NCBI GenBank assembly: GCA_964016885.1
Contig: OZ024741.1
Location: 77,376,001-77,440,000 of the forward strand
Origin: Eledone cirrhosa
Lineage: Eukaryota
Reading direction: 5' to 3'
DNA length: 64,000 bases
Shown: piece after piece, positions 57,759 through 64,000 of the stretch
How the letters are laid out: every line of letters begins with the position of its first letter
Numbering within the stretch: position 1 is the stretch's first letter
Made by a program: the position numbers and the translations under genes
The notes under the pieces: model-generated
Databases searched by the model: none
What the model was told of the DNA's origin: nothing
What the model saw: the letters and a program-made list of their open reading frames with translations, nothing else

Positions 57759-58604
57759 GTGCGTGCGTCTGTGTGTATGTGTGTGTGTGTGTGTGCGTGC
57801 GCGCGTGTGTGTGTATATATATATGTATATCATATAATGTATACATGCACGCATACATGTATATCTATAGTTATGTGTACATGCATACATACATACATGC
57901 ATACATACATGCATACATATATACATGCATACATGCATACATACATATATGCATACATACATACATATATACATACATGCATACATACATACATATATAC
58001 ATACATACATACATATATACATACATGCATACATACATATATACATACATACACAAATAATTGCACAAAATAGGTTGATTGATAGATTGATTATGTGAAT
58101 GATTGATAGTTCAATTCTTTATCCTTTCAAATTCAATGTTGTGCTGAGGTCAACGGTTGCCCTTTAAATGTGTGATGATTATTTCGGATTCAGCTCGATA
58201 AACTAATGTCTTCCATTGTATATAACACTATATCTAGGATCACGTCGTATGTTTAGTAGTACCATATCCCCCTCCTACACCACTTCCAGCCTACGTGTTC
58301 GCTTGATCTGCTAAAAATAATAATCAAATATCCCCCTAATCATATTCCACCTTCTTAAAACTAAAAAAATGGGGTGTTGCTGGAACGCTTTTGATTATAG
58401 ATCTTTTCGATGAAGGTTGACCTAGGATTAAAGAACAACATTAAGTCAATTAGCTTACGAGATCACCCAACCTGCTAAAATAGCAGCCAAATCTCCCTAA
58501 CCTCTTGTTTACTGTCTTGAAAAGAGAAGGACGCATTGAATAATGAATGTAGTTCTAGATGTATTCGTTATTTCTAACATTGAGGTTCATGTAATTGTCT
58601 ACAC

Positions 58605-58762
58605 TTATCCGTAAGGATGAAAGGCAAACCCCGCCGAGGTTAGCTTTGCCTTTCATCCTTACGGGGTGGATTAAATAAAATACCAGTCACGCACGAGTCA
58701 ATTTAATTGACTTTCCTCTCCCCTAAAATTGATAGCCTTGTGCCTAAATCAGAAACAATTAT
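58605..58762 (+). mobile_element. SINE family A, rearranged (short inverted piece plus 3' half)
   Basis: ccgtaaggatgaaaggcaaa followed by tttgcctttcatccttacgg. Confidence 0.75.
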
Positions 58763-59059
58763 AGTCAAGAGTAGAATGGGATGGTCACTGTTGGAGCTTC
58801 TTTCGCCATGGATTTGTTTGAACAACAACAACAACAACAACAACATAGACGCACAATGTTATAACTATTGGATGATAGTTATAACATTGCTTCTTAGTTC
58901 TGACTTTCAATCTATCGATAAATGATGTCGATAAAAAGTGTATACCAGCTATGTACTAGAGTCGATACAAATTTGATGTTTTCACTTCCTAATAGAAGCA
59001 GAAGCCTATTCTCTTTTATTAGCACCCTTTAAAAGCATGGATTTCGTGGAATCATTATT

Positions 59060-59243
59060 TTGGCAGTATCGGTAGAGGGTCGGTCGCCATGCTTTGACGC
59101 ATAGAGTTACGGCCCTTGCCATTCTGAGTTCAAATCCCACCGAGGTTAACTTTGCCTTTCATCCTTACGGGGTCGATAAAATAAAGTACCAGTAAGTACT
59201 GGGTAATTGGTTGCCTTGTGCCTAAAAGTAGAAACAATTATTA
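59060..59243 (+). mobile_element. SINE family A, followed by two degenerate heads to ~59440
   Basis: Full match to the family A sequence. Confidence 0.88.
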
Positions 59244-59884
59244 GAATATTAGCGGAATCGGTAAAATGTCAGACAAATTTCCTTTGCGTTCTGAGTTCAA
59301 ATCTCGCCGAGATCGTTTTTGCTTACCATCCTTCTGGGCCCGATAAAGTGGGGGACTCGCGGAATTGTTAAAACGTCGGACGGGATGCCTGTTGATATTT
59401 GTTCTGGCTTTTTGCTTTCTGAGTTCGAATCTCGCTGTGACTTACTTGGTTTGTAGAATAAACCCGTCGCCCAGTGTAACACCTGTACATGGTCCCTCGA
59501 ATGATTTAGTGAAGTCCACTCTATTGTAAGTATTTGGTCTTTTTGAGAATACTTTCCCCTCACCCACTAGTCTCAGAGGCCCTTCAAAGGCTCATGGGTA
59601 CCTTCCCTCCTAACTAAGTAAGGGGGAAAAAGTCAAATTCTGCGATTGATATAGTTGATTAGTTTCTTGATATTATTTATGGCTTTATCCCTAGATAGTT
59701 AGGTCCCATTACTAACGTAGTCTAGAGTGTTGTATGGTAGAATCGGTAGAGATGTCTTACCATATAAGGACACATTTGATAATGTGGTCCTGTTTTTTCA
59801 GCCACAGGAAAAGACTGGATGGTCACGGCTGAAATACTTTTACGCCTTAGGTCTGCTTGATCAGACAATATTTGCATATTGTGG

Positions 59885-60071
59885 TGGGTTGGCAGCAATG
59901 GTAGATGGTCGGACGCCATGCTTTGCAGCATAGAATTACAGCCCTTTACGGTATGAGTTCAAATCCCACCGAGGTTAACTTTGCCTTTCATTCTTACGGG
60001 GTCGATAAAATAAAGCACCAGTAATGCACTGGGATAATTGCTAGCCTTGTGCCAAAAGTGGAAACAATTAT
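59885..60071 (+). mobile_element. SINE family A
   Basis: Full match to the family A sequence. Confidence 0.88.
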
Positions 60072-60910
60072 TTGTATATTGTGTTGTTGTTGCTGTTGTT
60101 TAGCTCTAAGTCCACCCTGATTAAGTAGACTTATGACCAAAGACGTTCCAGTCCTGGCTACTCTGTCTGTATTCTCTGAACTCAATGCACACATGACCAG
60201 AGATTACCTTATGGCCGAAGTCGAATCAGAGGGCTAATTTCGATCCCTGGTAGAAGTTGAGGCTTGTTAAGTCTTCCTTTGCCCTTAAGTGTTTCAAGGG
60301 TGGGGGGAATTCTTGTGGAAATTGCGGTCTTATTATCAAAGTAGGTGCAGTCTTGTTATCAAAAAGAAGGGTGAGTGGTAAATTGCCAATGAACTGACAC
60401 TTAGGCCCAGTTTCGATTCAGGCTTGTAGCAGCTTCACATTAACTGTAGAGACAGGGGTTAAAGAGCCGTGCCCACGACACTTTTCAGGCCCTCAGAAAC
60501 TGACGATGAGAAGATATATTCTAAGCGGTGACCTGCAACAGAGTGGACTCCGCTAAAAGCACCTAATAGCATTGAGATGTGTTAAACCGGGCGATGGATT
60601 GAGTCAGCCACGCAAGTAAGCCACAGCGGAATTTGAACTCAGAACGCAAAGAGCCAGAACAAATACCACATGGCTCTCAGTCCGACGCTCTAACAATTCT
60701 TCCAACCCTGCACTTTATTTTATCGACTACGAAAGGGTGAAACACAAAGAGGACGTCGGTACAAATACCACAAAGTATTTTGTTCTACGCCCTAACAACT
60801 CCATCACTTAAGAAAATCATGAAACTCCAGCCCCTAATTGTTCCCATTCCACCCCACCTACAACACAATCGATGAATCTATTAGTAAGGATCACAGGTCA
60901 ATGAGTACCT

Positions 60911-61345
60911 TTCTTCTTCTTCTTCTTCTTCTTCTTCTTCTTCTTCTTCTTCTTCTTCTTCTTCTTCTTCTTCTTCTTCTTCTTCTTCTTCTTCTTCTTC
61001 TTCTTCTTCTCCCACTTATTCCTGAGAGCGTCGTGGAGGCAGAGTTCTGAAAGACTCCTTCCAGTGGGTCCTGTCAGAAGCAACTGTTTCTAACTGATCC
61101 GGCATGATCCCCAAGAATGACCCACCAAGCTCATGGATGTTACCCAACCATCTTGCTTGGTTCTCCTATCAGTTGGTTTTGCCCGTAGTATCGGAGCTGT
61201 TATCTCTCAATTCGGAGAAGTAGCGGCTCTCCCTGGCGGGACTATCTGACCTCCTTGCTATGCACTCTATCGAGTAACGTTACTCCAAAGACTCTCCAGA
61301 GGAACTCCATTTCGGCTGCTTCAATTCGCGATCGTATTCTTTCTT
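60911..61345 (-). mobile_element. RTE-type LINE 3' fragment with (GAA)n tail
   Basis: ERIRSRIEAAEMEFLWRVFGVTLLDRVHSKEVR; TTC tract 60911-61010 at its 3' end. Confidence 0.72.
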
Positions 61346-61502
61346 TTAATGCTATTTTACCAAATGAACAAATGCCCCAAAGACAACTCTCTTTCATTTT
61401 TCTTTTTGTCTCTCTTCCCCCTCCTCTCACTCTCTCTTTCTTCCTCTTCCTTTCTCTCCTCTTTATTTCCCCCTCTCTCCTCTTTATTTCCCCCTCTCTC
61501 TC

Positions 61503-61536
<34 letters not shown>

Positions 61537-61575
61537 CTTATTTCTTTCCTGTATCTCTTTTCTCTCCTCTCTCAC

Positions 61576-61624
<49 letters not shown>

Positions 61625-62791
61625 TATATATATATATATATATATACTCTATATATATACCCTTTCTAGCAGTCTCTCTCTCTGTTAGCCTCCTCCTCAA
61701 CTTTCACTCACTCATTCTCTGTCACTACCTCTCCTCCTCCTCTTTCCTCCTCCTCCTTCAAGTTTGACCTCTGTGAAATTCTTTTCTCGCGCGTCCTGTC
61801 AAGCTGGTATGGAATTTTTTTTTCTCTCTCTCTTTCGTCTGCGACTTCACAAAACTTATGTTTACCGAATTCGTAGACCAGACCCCTTCTTCTTCTTCTT
61901 CTTCTTCTTCTTCTTCTTCTTCTTCTTCTTTTTCTTCTTCTTCTTCTTCTCCCCCCCCCCTCCCCCCCCGTTAGACTTGTGCGAAATTCCTTCCTTTCTC
62001 ACATTTCAACCAGGTTTGATGGTCTTTTGTCTCTTGTTCACGATTTCACCGAGTTTATATTCATAGAGATCTGGGACTTGTCTATTTCTTCTCACTTTCC
62101 GTTGCTTAAACCATTTTGTTTGTTACCCTAACGTCCCCTTTATTTACGTGTCCCAACGACTTTTTTTAGCCGTTGTTCGCACCAACCTGAGGCATATGGC
62201 CCTTAAAGCGATGAAATGCCTGGGACGGTTGGAGGGTCACTGATGAAGGACTCACTTTTTCATATGCACCACCATTTGCAACGGGCAGCCATCATTATTA
62301 TCATATTTACATATATATATATATATATATACAGTATATATATATATTTATATTTCTCTTCTTTTCAGGCCCTCTTTTTTCTTTTCTTCCTCGCTCTTTC
62401 TTTCTTTCTCTCTCTCTCTCTTTCTCTCTCTTTCTTTCTCTCTCTCTCTCTTTCTCTCTCTTTCTTTCGCTCTCTTTCTTTCTCTCTCTCTTTCTCTCTC
62501 TTTGTCTCAGTCTGTCTATCACACCACCCTCTCTCTCTTTATGTATGTATGTGTCTGTGTGTGTATATGTGTTGCTTTTTAGTTGTAACTGGTTACAAAA
62601 CAATTATAACAACAAATATGTTGCACAATAAATATGTCGCACAACAGGTTTATATTGAACACTGTAACTATTGTTTGACTGGACAGGTCACACTTCCCAG
62701 TCGCTTAAACAATCTCTTACAACATCGGGCGTGTGAGTTATGTAAGACGCGGGAAAGGAAGCTTGAACAGCTGATTGAAGCTGCATCGATA

Positions 62792-63090
62792 TCTTCTTCT
62801 TCTTCTTCTTCTTCTTCTTCTTCTTCTTCTTCTTCTTCTTCTTCTTCTTCTCCTTCTCCTTCTCTTTTTTCTTTTTCCTCTTCTTCTTTTTCTTCTTCTT
62901 CTCCTCATCCTTCTCCCCCCCCCCCCCTCATCCTCATCCTCCTTCTCTGCTTCTCCTCCTCCTCCTCCTCCTCCTTTTTCTTCTTTTTCTTCTTCTTCTT
63001 CTTCTTCTTCTTCTTCTTCTTCTTCTTCTTTTTCTTCTTCTTCTGCTTCTTCTTCTTCTTCTTTTTTTTCTTCTTCTTCTTCTTCTTCTG
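62792..63090. repeat. TTC/TCC low-complexity tract
   Basis: Read directly from the sequence. Confidence 0.95.
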
Positions 63091-63587
63091 ATGCTGATGC
63101 TGCTACTGCTGCACACTTAATGTTTTGTTCGTACGTTGTGTTATTGCTTTTCAAGGTGTTTACCCGTTTAGGGGCTTGTTATATTTCGTTTATATTGTTA
63201 TATACCGTTTATATTTCACATTGCGAAAGCAACAGTTTATATTTTCAGTTTCGGGGTAATATCTTTATTTAAAATACTAGTTTCTACCCCAGCCACCACT
63301 ACCAAAAAACTAAGGCAACCCCCATCTATCCACAGAATGGAACAGCCAAAGTTATTCGTCCGGTAAAAAGAGCAGTTACAAGAAAGTTTTCATTGTCGAT
63401 TATATGGTTGCCTTCCACCTTCACTGTCAACCAGAACACCGCCACTACCACCACTACTACTACCACATCAACAACAATAACAGTAACAGTGGTGACAGAA
63501 ACGACAACAAGAACACTAATTGCAATGGCATTATCACAACAGCAGCAGCAGCGACAACAGTTATAAAAAAGGAAATAGCAGAACACC

Positions 63588-63721
<134 letters not shown>

Positions 63722-64000
63722 ACCACAACAGATAGCAATGATAACGACGATGACATCGACAATAAAAACAACAACTACGACAGAAACAAAACCACAAACA
63801 GAAGGTCCTTCGCTGGCATGACAGAAACAACTTTCCCCAATTATTCTTAGAAGATAATCATACGAACTTAACACAACCGGGAACAAATGATTAAGATCGA
63901 AGAGAGATGGGTCGCATTAGTGGTAAAACCTCACTTGATAGAAGGAACTGCAAAAAACTTCTATATCACTGTAGGTCAGTCAAATGTCGACGCCTAGAAA

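Overview
Repeat-rich, gene-poor eukaryotic animal DNA. The SINE repertoire and the dense (TA)n, (CA)n and (CATA)n tracts resemble octopus/coleoid cephalopod genomes (inference). No host protein-coding gene is confidently identifiable, and most short ORFs in the track are microsatellite or antisense artefacts. The window is dominated by retroelements: Dong/R4-type RLE LINEs, including one uninterrupted 863-aa ORF and a near-identical 5'-truncated copy; a full-length but decayed Tx1/L1-clade LINE at the end of a tandem chain in (TTA)n; CR1- and RTE-type fragments; several Penelope-like elements (PLEs), of which three are Naiad-type and one is a Neptune/Nematis-type copy missed by the ORF track; mariner relics; hAT- and Tigger-like MITEs; tRNA-derived SINEs; and two large minisatellites. 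The most striking unexplained structure recurs in about eight insertions from several unrelated sequence families. Each is a fold-back insertion anchored in (TA)n at both ends, most carry a type I hammerhead ribozyme motif, one arm runs about 45-120 bp further than the other, and several non-coding ones are circular permutations of 420-530 bp units. This suggests a Penelope-driven, retrozyme-like system of non-autonomous ribozyme elements. All RNA folds were paired by eye and coordinates are approximate to a few bases.
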